From contig CAYYRJ010000010.1 of the NCBI GenBank assembly GCA_964474085.1, positions 12,606 to 76,605 of the forward strand: a stretch of DNA of 64,000 nt, given 5' to 3'. Positions within the stretch are counted from its first letter, which is position 1. The number at the start of each line of letters is the position of its first letter. A program made the position numbers and the translations under genes. A model generated the notes under the pieces. The model saw only the letters and a list, made by a program, of their open reading frames with translations, was not told the DNA's origin and made no database searches. Shown here piece by piece: positions 28,833-37,700 of the stretch. This DNA comes from an uncultured Planctomycetales bacterium. GTDB lineage: Bacteria > Omnitrophota > Gorgyraeia > Zapsychrales > JANLHA01.

Positions 28833-29219
28833 ATGCTCTCAGATAAAAGAAAAGTCTTTATTGTTGACGATGACATTTCGGTTCGACGTGCCCTGGGGAT
28901 TCTTTTAAAGACTTATGAGTTTATTGTCGAAGCTTTTTCATCCGCTGAAGAGTTTTTTAGTGCTGTGCCCAACAGCGTTGCAGGCTGTTTACTCTTGGAT
29001 ATCCATATGCCCGGCCTAGACGGCTGGGGTACCCTTTCGCGGCTGCAAGCGTCAGGGTCAAAACGTTCGGTGATTATGATTACCGCCGAAAAGAATAATG
29101 GGGTAAGGGCCCGGGCGATGAGTGCAGGCGCCACGGGATTTTTACAAAAACCATTTAACGACCAAGAGTTGGTTGCTTTGATCAACCAGTCGTTTTTGGA
29201 AAGGAGGTCACCATGTTAA
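28833..29219 (+). CDS. single-domain response regulator (REC only)
   Basis: FIVDDD...[11 protein letters not shown]...FLQKPF. AAGGAG RBS places the start at 28833. Confidence 0.7.
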   Translation: MLSDKRKVFIVDDDISVRRALGILLKTYEFIVEAFSSAEEFFSAVPNSVAGCLLLDIHMPGLDGWGTLSRLQASGSKRSVIMITAEKNNGVRARAMSAGATGFLQKPFNDQELVALINQSFLERRSPC

Positions 29220-29377
29220 ATTGGGCAGTGACATTTTTTGTTATTGCTATTATCGCCGCGGTTTTGGGATTCGGCGGTATTGCAGGCTCGGCTATTGACA
29301 TTGCCAAGATTTTATTCTTTGTATTCTTGGTTTTGGCAGTGCTTTCATTCCTTTTAGGGAGAACAAGAACGTTGTAA
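29213..29377 (+). CDS. UPF0391 (DUF1328, YtjA-like) small membrane protein, 54 aa; not in ORF track
   Basis: [64 protein letters not shown] at 29201. Overlaps the REC gene stop. Confidence 0.7.
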   Translation: MLNWAVTFFVIAIIAAVLGFGGIAGSAIDIAKILFFVFLVLAVLSFLLGRTRTL

Positions 29378-29406
29378 TTCAAAAACAGGTTAACGAAAGG
29401 GATTAT

Positions 29407-30183
29407 ATGAATATGGATCATGTGAAAGTTTTGGTTGCATCTTTAGGGGTGGTTTTAATGATGGGTTCATCCGCGGGTGCTTCGCAAACGGATGAACGGA
29501 TTGAAGCCTCTGCCAAGAAGTCGTATGTTTTTAAGACGTATCTTAAAGACGACAGTATTAACACCCAGTCAAAAGATGGCGTGGTTACTTTGACGGGCAC
29601 GGTCGCCGAAGAATCACACAGATCATTGGCCCAGGAAACAGTGGCCAATTTACCCGGAGTTGTCAACGTCGATAACCAGTTAAAACTACAAGGGCAAGTG
29701 CCCGTTGAGAATTCGGATAATTGGATCGGGATGCAGGTTAAGTATTCGCTACTTTACAATCGCAATGTCAGCGGCATTAATACAAAAGTTGCTGTTGTTG
29801 ATGGCATTGTTACGTTAAAAGGCGAAGCCGAGAATCAAGCGCAGATTGACTTGGCTGGTGAATATGCCAAGGACATCAAAGGGGTCAAGGACGTCAAGAA
29901 TGAAATGACGATTGCTAAAGTTATCAGTGTCCCTAAGCAAACTTTAGCCGAAAAGATCGATGATGCTTCGATTACCGCGCAAATAAAGATGGCGCTTTTA
30001 TCGCATCGCTCGACGAGTGCTTTTAAAACCGGCGTGGCGACTTTAAACGGGGAAGTTACTTTGACCGGCAAAGCCGACAATGCCGCTGGAAAAGATATCG
30101 CCAGCAAACTTGCCAATGATGTTTATGGCGTGACAAAAGTGGTCAATAACATGACTATTGAAGATGTTTTGTCAAAAAAATAG
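29407..30183 (+). CDS. periplasmic BON-domain protein (OsmY-like, three BON repeats)
   Basis: Signal peptide plus three repeats of GVVTLTG...A...PGV..V.N.L. Confidence 0.8.
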   Translation: MNMDHVKVLVASLGVVLMMGSSAGASQTDERIEASAKKSYVFKTYLKDDSINTQSKDGVVTLTGTVAEESHRSLAQETVANLPGVVNVDNQLKLQGQVPVENSDNWIGMQVKYSLLYNRNVSGINTKVAVVDGIVTLKGEAENQAQIDLAGEYAKDIKGVKDVKNEMTIAKVISVPKQTLAEKIDDASITAQIKMALLSHRSTSAFKTGVATLNGEVTLTGKADNAAGKDIASKLANDVYGVTKVVNNMTIEDVLSKK

Positions 30184-30195
30184 GTGTTTAGAAAA

Positions 30196-30240
30196 GGCCG
30201 GTTGGTGCTTTAAGTTAAACGCACCAGCCGGTGTTTCTTG
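30196..30240 (+). terminator. rho-independent terminator
   Basis: Stem ccggttggtgc / gcaccagccgg (one G-U pair), followed by tgtttctt. Confidence 0.4.
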
Positions 30241-30276
30241 AGGATAATTCTAAAATTACGATAAAAGGGGGAAGAT

Positions 30277-30417
30277 ATGAAAAAGAATTTAATGTTGATT
30301 TTTACCGCTGTGTTTTTAACAACGATGATCGCAGGTTGCAATATGTTTAAAGGCGCTGGAAAAGACATGGAAAACGCCGGCAAAGGGATTCAAAAAACAG
30401 TGGACCGTAATGATTAA
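30277..30417 (+). CDS. entericidin-like small lipoprotein, 46 aa; not in ORF track
   Basis: MKKNLMLIFTAVFLTTMIAGCNMFKGAGKDMENAGKGIQKTVDRND, with a lipobox and a glycine-rich amphipathic tail. RBS aaaggggg. Confidence 0.65.
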   Translation: MKKNLMLIFTAVFLTTMIAGCNMFKGAGKDMENAGKGIQKTVDRND

Positions 30418-30420
30418 ACG

Positions 30421-30609
30421 TTGTTTTTGGCATTTGCGCAAGCAGGAGGCATTATTAAAAAATTGGTCGTTTCTCTAAAGGGAAGAAAATGTAAATATCC
30501 AAGATGCAAGCACATCTTAAGTATTTATAACCATGAAATTTATTGTCACGTTCATGCCGCCAGTCTGGAGGACCGAAAAGGGGGGCAAGGGGTATGCGCG
30601 GGGATTTAA
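30421..30609 (+). CDS. putative small zinc-ribbon protein (start uncertain)
   Basis: C-KYPR-C ... C-HVH spacing suggests a metal ligand set. Overlaps the GtrA start. No clean RBS. Confidence 0.25.
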   Translation: MFLAFAQAGGIIKKLVVSLKGRKCKYPRCKHILSIYNHEIYCHVHAASLEDRKGGQGVCAGI

Positions 30610-30977
30610 AAGAAATCTTGCGTTTTTCAATGGCCGGCGCTTTAGCCGGTTGTGTCGACTTAAGCGTTTATTTTCTTTTGATCCCTTTCGTATCTTTTAA
30701 CATTTCTAAAGCGATTTCTTTTACCTGCGCCGGAATTATCGCGTATTTGCTAAATAAGTTTTGGATATTTAAAAGTAAGATGTCTGTTTCCTATCAAGAA
30801 ATTGGGCGCTATATTCTCGTCAATCTTTTAGCTTTGGTGATTAATATTTTGACTAATCAGGGCATTTTAAAACTCTGGCCTTCGTCTTTTCTTTTAGCTT
30901 GGAGCATCGCTTCAATAGCTACCGGTTTGGTGACTTTTTTGGGCTTTAAATGGTGGGTTTTTCGTTATCCGAAGTAA
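30594..30977 (+). CDS. GtrA-family membrane protein
   Basis: 127 aa with 4 TM helices and the GtrA-like pattern FxxxGxxxxxxNxxLxxxxxF...KWWVFR. Confidence 0.7.
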   Translation: MRGDLKEILRFSMAGALAGCVDLSVYFLLIPFVSFNISKAISFTCAGIIAYLLNKFWIFKSKMSVSYQEIGRYILVNLLALVINILTNQGILKLWPSSFLLAWSIASIATGLVTFLGFKWWVFRYPK

Positions 30978-31044
30978 TGCGTATAGAAAGCCTCTGGTCA
31001 GGGAAGTATAATAAACTCAGATAAAAACAAAATTGAGGTTTGCC

Positions 31045-33315
31045 ATGTGGTGGAAATGGTTGCCGTGGAAATTTCTTGTTCGTCAGGCAGCGCGCCGGCA
31101 GGGGTTTTTAGACCCGATTAAACTGCTTTCGCAATTGCAGAATTTTGCCCAGCCCTCTGAAGTTGCCGCCCCGACGGAGTTATTGCGTTCCGGCGTTGTT
31201 CTTCACGCGCGGGGCTTGATGAACAGTTTGGCGATTCAGCATAATTTAGACTGGGTTTGGCCGTATTGGGTCGAATGCCAATATGATCCGCTTAACAGAG
31301 CGTTTATTCCCAGATCGTTTTCTTTAACACAAATTAATCTTACACATCGAAATTGGACGGCTTTAGGCGTTCCTGACGGTGTCGAGTTTCCGCTGGTTGA
31401 CCCCCGAGGGCTTTTGACGCCGTTTTATGATAGCTGGTCGATCGATGTTTGGATTATCCCCCAAACTGGGCAGCCGCTTTTTCCTTCGCGCTGTCCGACG
31501 GTATCCCAAAAATTGATCATAAAAGACAATCTTTGCGTCACAACAGAATCAAGTCTTGATTCTCTAAAATTGCAATTAAAGGCCAAGGTCATTGGCAGCG
31601 CGCAAACGCCGGTCTGCCAGCTAAAAATTTCAGCATCATCGTCGGTCAAAGCGCGGCTGGTTGTTTCTCTAAGACCGTATAATCCAGAAGGGGTCAGCTT
31701 TATCAATACGATAGCGATGATGGAAGATTCTTTGGGATGGAAAGTTAACGGCGAGCATTCGATCTATTTTGATAAAAAGCCGCACCAATGTATTTTTTGT
31801 AATTATCAACAGGGGGATGTTTATAGCCGTTTGTCTTTCCCTGAGCCTGAACATGAAATTTCCTGTCACGTCGGCATGGCCACTGCGGCGGCGACTTACA
31901 CATTATCTGAGGGAGAGATGCAAGAAATTACGGTTTTAATCCCATTGTCAAAACACCCTTTTAAAAAAGAAAATTCCAGTCACGATGAAAAAACAGCCGA
32001 TTCTTTATGGGAAAAAAGTTTAGAAGGCGCCTGCCGTTTGCAAATTCCCGACGAGCATTTTATGTTCCTTTATCAGGCGGCGCTTAAGACGATGGTTTTG
32101 CATTCCCCTCGCGAAGTTTATCCGGGGCCGTTTATTTATCGGCGGTTTTGGTTTCGTGACGCCGCTTTTATTTTGCACGCGCTTCTGGCGGTCGGATTAA
32201 AAGACCGCGTCAAACGCGCCTTGGATTGTTTTCGCGCACGCCAGACGAATCAAGGGTATTTTCTTTCGCAAGAAGGCGAATGGGATTCCAACGGTCAAGC
32301 GCTTTGGATTATCGAGCAGTATTGCCGGATGAGTGGAAATCCGCCGGCAGAACAATGGGAAAACTCGATTAAAAAGGCAGGCGAATGGATTTGCAAAAAG
32401 TGTTTGCCTGAGGATTTGCCTTCTGCGCACGCCGGTCTTTTGCCGTCGGGCTTTAGCGCTGAACATTTGGGACCCAACGATTTTTATTATTGGGATGATT
32501 TTTGGGGTGTCTCGGGGTTAAAGGCTGCAGCTTTTTTGTGTGAAAAAAACAAGAGCGCAAAATTGTCGATCAAGTTTGAAAAAAAAGCATTCGCTTTATT
32601 AGAAAGCATTATGGAAAGTTTAAAAAAAGTCCAAGCGCGTTTGCACCGACCGGCAATCCCGGCTTCGCCGTATCGACGTCTTGATACAGGCGCTATCGGC
32701 TCTTTGGTGGCGGGGTATCCGCTTCGAATTTTTAAACCCGATGATCAAAGGCTTTTAGACACGGCAGATTTTTTAATGAAAAACTGTTTGGTCGCTGGCG
32801 GATTTTTTCATGACATGACCCACTCTGGGATCAATCCTTATCTGACGCTGCATTTGGCCCAAGTGCTTTTGCGCGCCGGTGATGAACGTTATTTTCCGCT
32901 GATGACGGCGGTCGCAAATCTTGCTTCCCCGACGGGACAATGGCCCGAGTCAGTGCATCCGCAAACCTTAGGCGGCTGCATGGGAGACGGGCAGCATGTT
33001 TGGGCAGCGGCTGAATGGGTGCTTATGGTCCGCAACTGTTTTGTCCGTGAAGAAGAGCAAAGTCTTATTTTGTGCAGCGGGATCTCTAAAGAGTGGCTTT
33101 TACAAAAACAAACAATGAGCTTTGGCCCGGCCCCGACGAGTTTTGGCGACATTCAAGTTTTTATAAAAGTTAATGAAGAAAATATTGTTGTTGAGTGGAA
33201 AGGCCAATGGTTTGGCCAAGCGCCGTCGATTGAAATTCGTTTGCCGGGGTTTGCGCCAGAGCGTGTTTTGCCGGGAGTCGATCAGCTGGTTTTAAAACTT
33301 GAGGCAAAGTCATGA
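31045..33315 (+). CDS. large six-hairpin (alpha/alpha)6 glycosidase-like protein (GDE_C / GH63 / GH116-like; family unresolved)
   Basis: 756 aa with an N-terminal beta-rich region, then FIYRRFWFRDAAFILHALLAVG and QGYFLSQEGEWDSNGQALWI resembling the W-x-RD...Q..G motifs of amylo-alpha-1,6-glucosidase-type barrels. ATG at 31045 after GAGG. Confidence 0.45.
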   Translation: MWWKWLPWKFLVRQAARRQGFLDPIKLLSQLQNFAQPSEVAAPTELLRSGVVLHARGLMNSLAIQHNLDWVWPYWVECQYDPLNRAFIPRSFSLTQINLTHRNWTALGVPDGVEFPLVDPRGLLTPFYDSWSIDVWIIPQTGQPLFPSRCPTVSQKLIIKDNLCVTTESSLDSLKLQLKAKVIGSAQTPVCQLKISASSSVKARLVVSLRPYNPEGVSFINTIAMMEDSLGWKVNGEHSIYFDKKPHQCIFCNYQQGDVYSRLSFPEPEHEISCHVGMATAAATYTLSEGEMQEITVLIPLSKHPFKKENSSHDEKTADSLWEKSLEGACRLQIPDEHFMFLYQAALKTMVLHSPREVYPGPFIYRRFWFRDAAFILHALLAVGLKDRVKRALDCFRARQTNQGYFLSQEGEWDSNGQALWIIEQYCRMSGNPPAEQWENSIKKAGEWICKKCLPEDLPSAHAGLLPSGFSAEHLGPNDFYYWDDFWGVSGLKAAAFLCEKNKSAKLSIKFEKKAFALLESIMESLKKVQARLHRPAIPASPYRRLDTGAIGSLVAGYPLRIFKPDDQRLLDTADFLMKNCLVAGGFFHDMTHSGINPYLTLHLAQVLLRAGDERYFPLMTAVANLASPTGQWPESVHPQTLGGCMGDGQHVWAAAEWVLMVRNCFVREEEQSLILCSGISKEWLLQKQTMSFGPAPTSFGDIQVFIKVNEENIVVEWKGQWFGQAPSIEIRLPGFAPERVLPGVDQLVLKLEAKS

Positions 33316-34778
33316 CCCAAAGTCTTCTTACAGGATTTAGAAATTTCTTGGTACTAAGCACTGGTCAATTTATTGATCCGCACGAGATTGAAGCGCTTTA
33401 TACCCAATCGGCTCCTGTCAAAGAAATGTGTGTTTTTGCGATTTTAGGGATGAAAGGTCATAAGAAATCAAAAGTGCTCTGGGCGGTCATTGTGCCGGAT
33501 TTAGAGCAGTTTAGAGAATTTGATGAAGTTAATTTGCGTGCTGTGATTGGAGAGCGTTTTGATAATGCGGCGCAGGCACTGCCGGTTTACAAAAGGCTTA
33601 AAGGTTTTACCCTGACCCTCAAAGATTTGCCGCATACGTATTTGGGAGCTGTGGACACAAGTCAGGTCAAAAAAATATTTGAACCTCGTGTGTTGGCCGG
33701 ACTAGAAGGAAGTATTTCTGGTGGTGGCAAGATTTCACCAGAGGATTTGCTTTTACGTGAATCATCGACGGGAAAGAAAGTCCTGGAATGTTTAATGCTG
33801 CAGAGCAAAGCAAATCAGCCGATCACTCTTGAAGATTCTCTGGAGTTGGATTTAGGGATTGATTCCTTAGGGCGTATTGAGCTTGCTTCGCGTTTAGCAC
33901 TTGGGTTTAGCGCTGATATTAAGCCGGAGGTTATTTCAAAATCGTTTAGGATCAAGGCGCTTATTGTAAGTATTAACGAAGCCTTAAAAGATGCAAAAGC
34001 TATTCTTCCGTCAGATGAAGGCTTGACTTTGGGAGCGGATTATTGGGAAGAACATCTAAATGTCCTGCCTAAAAAAGAAACGCTGGATATGCTCGAGCTG
34101 GGAACAGGCTATTTTGCGTGGCTGTTTCGGTTTGTCATAACAGCTATTAATTTTGTGATTTTTAAATTATTTTTTCAGATTAAAGGGCAAGGTGCTGAGT
34201 ATGTACCGAAAGAAGGCGCTTTTATTCTTTACGGCAATCATACAAGTTTTTTGGACGGTTCGGCGATTGCCGCTTGCCTGCCACGTCGACGCGTGTTTCA
34301 ACTCTTTTATTTTGTTTTTGGCCCGTATTTTTTTAGACCTTTCGAAAAATCCAGTGTTTTGCGCAACTTAGTCAAGATGGGACGCTTTATTCCGTTTGAT
34401 TATTCAACGCATTTTTTGGAGGCTTTGCGCAGTAGTTATTATGTTTTACAGCAGGGAAAGGGCTTATGTTTTTTCCCGGAAGGCTTGCGAAGTACGACGG
34501 GAGAAATCGGTGAATTTAGAAAGGGTTTTGGCGTTTTGGCCAAAGAAACGGGTGCTAAACTTGTTCCGGTCGCGATAGACGGAGCGCACGAGGCTTGGAG
34601 CAGCACGGCCAAGTTCCCGCGCTGTTATCCTATTCGTGTGCGTTTTGGAAAACCCCTTTTACCGGCGGATTTAGAAAAGCAAGGGTTTGCGATGGGTGCC
34701 AAAAACAGTTATGAGGCTATTTGTATTGCCGCGCGTGCGGCGCTTATCGAATTAAAAAACGATAAAGGTAAGATATGA
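33312..34778 (+). CDS. tri-partite protein: C-terminal remnant of an acyl-CoA/ACP synthetase, an acyl-carrier domain and an LPLAT (PlsC-like) acyltransferase
   Basis: Residues 1-120 match a FACL-type C-terminus (EMCVFAI, KVLWAVIVPDLEQ, LPVYKRLKGFTLT). The DLGIDSLGRIELA phosphopantetheine site is at ~180. NHTSFLD (HxxxxD) and FPEGLRS acyltransferase motifs follow. ATGA overlap with the upstream gene. Confidence 0.65.
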   Translation: MTQSLLTGFRNFLVLSTGQFIDPHEIEALYTQSAPVKEMCVFAILGMKGHKKSKVLWAVIVPDLEQFREFDEVNLRAVIGERFDNAAQALPVYKRLKGFTLTLKDLPHTYLGAVDTSQVKKIFEPRVLAGLEGSISGGGKISPEDLLLRESSTGKKVLECLMLQSKANQPITLEDSLELDLGIDSLGRIELASRLALGFSADIKPEVISKSFRIKALIVSINEALKDAKAILPSDEGLTLGADYWEEHLNVLPKKETLDMLELGTGYFAWLFRFVITAINFVIFKLFFQIKGQGAEYVPKEGAFILYGNHTSFLDGSAIAACLPRRRVFQLFYFVFGPYFFRPFEKSSVLRNLVKMGRFIPFDYSTHFLEALRSSYYVLQQGKGLCFFPEGLRSTTGEIGEFRKGFGVLAKETGAKLVPVAIDGAHEAWSSTAKFPRCYPIRVRFGKPLLPADLEKQGFAMGAKNSYEAICIAARAALIELKNDKGKI

Positions 34779-37700
34779 AAATTCTTATGATGACAAATTC
34801 CTATGCGCCTATGGTCGGCGGCATCGAGGAGTCGATACGCTCGTTTAGTGCCGAGTTTGAAAAATTAGGGCATGAGGTTATGATCGTGGCCCCCGAGTGT
34901 GAGGGAGCGCCGTTAGACGAGGTAGGCGTTATCCGTCTTCGGGCGATACAAAATTTTAATAATTCGGATTTTTCTATCGCACTGCCTATGTCGAGTCTTT
35001 TGCCAGAACTGATCAAAACTTTTAAGCCGGACATTATTCATAGTCATTATCCCTTTTGGATGGGCAGCATTGCGCTTCGTTTAAGCGGACAGTTTAAGAT
35101 TCCGCTGGTCTTTACGTATCACACGATGTTTGAACAGCACATGCATTATTTACCGGTTCAAAATGAGGGCGTGCAGAGGTTTATCGTCGAGATTTTTGCC
35201 GGTTACGCAAACTTGGCAAACCAAGTCGTGGTTCCCAGTGAAAGTGTCCGCGTTATTCTTTTAGAGCGCGGGGTAAAGACCCCCATCGCTGTTGTGCCAA
35301 CGGGAGTTGATTTACAGAGGTTTTCGCGCGGGGACGGCAAGGTGGTCCGTCACCGGCTGGGGATTGCGCAGGATGCGCCTTTGATCGGTTATGTCGGTCG
35401 TCTGGCCTTGGAAAAAAATCTTGAATTTTTAAGCTCTGCTGTGGCCGCGTATTTAAAACAAGAAACGAGTGCGCATTTTGTCGTCGGTGGCGATGGCCCG
35501 CTCAAAGAACTTATCCAAAAGATTTTTGACGAGCAAGGAGTCGGTAAGCGTCTGCATTTTGCCGGTGTGCTTAAAGGCCAAGATTTAGTTGACTGTTATC
35601 AGGCGATGAATGTGTTTGCCTTTGCTTCATTAAGCGAAACGCAGGGCATTGTTTTGGTCGAAGCAATGGCCGCCGGCGCTGCGGTTGTGGCTTTGGATGC
35701 GCCCGGCGTGCGTGAAGTGCTCAAAGATGGTTACAATGGCCGTCTTGTTTTTGGCGAAAATAAAAATAATTTTGTTGAGGCGCTTTCGTGGTGTTTGAAG
35801 TTGCCGGCCAATGAGTTTGTGCGTATTAAAGAAAACGCAAAAACAACGAGCAAAGAATTTTCAGTCAACAGTTGCGCACTGCGTATGCTTAAAACTTACG
35901 ACGAGGTTTTGGTCAAAGAGTATTCGTCGCCCGATTATAAGAATAGTCCGTGGGATGCTTTGGCCGGCCGGCTTAAAAACGAGTGGGACATGTTTAAAAA
36001 TGTGTTGGAATCCGGTACGAGTGCTATTGTCGACACAAGCAGTTTGCCAAAGCCGCTTGTCAAAAAAGCCAGGGGATTGTTTCTTCGTCTGCCGAGGCTT
36101 TTGTCGTTAAGCGAATGGTCCGCTAAATTGTTGCGTTTGCCCCGCACGCAAGATACGCAAACGGATCCCGGCCTTGTGCTTATTCAGATTGACGGGTTTT
36201 CGGGCGGTCAGTTTAAGAAAGCTATTGAACAGGGAAAAATGCCTTTTCTCAAAGGTCTGCTGCAAAAACAATACTACACGCTTTATCCGCAGTATCCGGG
36301 TTTGCCGTCGAGCACGCCGTCAGTGCAGGGGGAATTGTTTTATGGGGTCAAACAAATTGTCCCTGCTTTTGCTTTTTGGGACCGCGAAACGCAAAAAATT
36401 TTTCGTATGTATGACGGCCCGGCGGTTTTGGAAATTGAGCGGCGTCTGGCCGCTCAAGGCCAAGGTCTTTTGGCAGAAGGGAGCTCTTACTCTAATATAT
36501 ATTCAGGCGGCGCTATGCAATCGCATTTTTGTGCCACATCTTTGGGGTGGAGCAAAATTTGGAAAGAAATTAACCCACTGAACTTTTTTATTCTGATCTT
36601 GACGCATTTTCCTTCTTTTGTCCGCATGATGGCCTTAACGGCATGGGAAATGATTTTAGGCGCTGTTGATTTTGGCTGGGGGATACTAAGGGGTGAGAAT
36701 TTTAAAAATGAATTTAAATTTATTTACCTGCGAGCGTTAATTTGTGTTCTTTTGCGTGAGCTTGTGACCTTAGGCGTCAAAATCGATATCGTGCGCGGCT
36801 TGCCGATTATTCATGTCAACCTTTTAGGCTACGATGAATTAGCCCACCATAGCGGTCCGTCTTCCACGTCGGCACATTGGTCTTTAAAAGGGATTGACCG
36901 CGCTATCGAAAAAATTTATGGCAAAGCTCTTCATTCTTCGGCGCGCAGTTACGATGTTTGGATTTATTCGGATCATGGGCAAGAGGACACCGTTTCATAC
37001 GCGGCTAAGTACAAGCGCAGTATCGAAGAAGCGGTTGCCGAAGTTTATAAAGAATTTGACGCAACGGCCCAATTTTCGGTTGTTGATAAAACCAGCGAAC
37101 AGTTGCAGCGTGCGCGTTTTTTAGGATTTTCATTTTTGGAAAAGTTTTTTAGCGGTGTTTCTTTTCCTAAAGAAAATCTTTTAGAAAACAAGCTGATTGT
37201 CACGGCCATTGGCCCGACGGGAAATATTTATTTGCCCCGACAGATGAGCTTGGAGGAAAAGTGCCGTTTTGCGCAATGCTTGGTCGCAAAGGCTTATATT
37301 CCTGTGGTCATGTTTGTAGACGAACAAGGAAAAGTCCGCGTGTGGACTGACCAAGGCGAATTTTGTTTGCCGCAAGATGCCAAAACAATTCTGGGTGCGG
37401 ACCATCCCTATTTGGCCGCGGTTACTGAGGATATTATTGCCCTTTGTCAGCACAAGAATGCAGGAGACTTTACGTTGATGGGATATCAGCCGAACAAAAA
37501 ACCGATGAGCTTTCCGCTTGAAAACGGTTCGCACGCCGGACCGGCCCCAAAGGAAACAGATGGCTTTGCACTTTTGCCCAAGGACATTATTCCCCGACAA
37601 AGAACCCGGGAGTATATTACCCCGATGGATTTGCGTTTTGCCGCTTTACGGTTCTTGAAGCGTTCTGTCCCGAAAGAAAACAAGTCCTATCCAGAAATTA

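Noticed and set aside
35811-36581. ORFs 35811-36110(+) and 36174-36581(+) inside the GT4-AlkP-EEP gene
   Set aside because: These are alternative-frame artifacts (Arg/Cys-rich) inside a continuous 1230-aa frame with clear domains.
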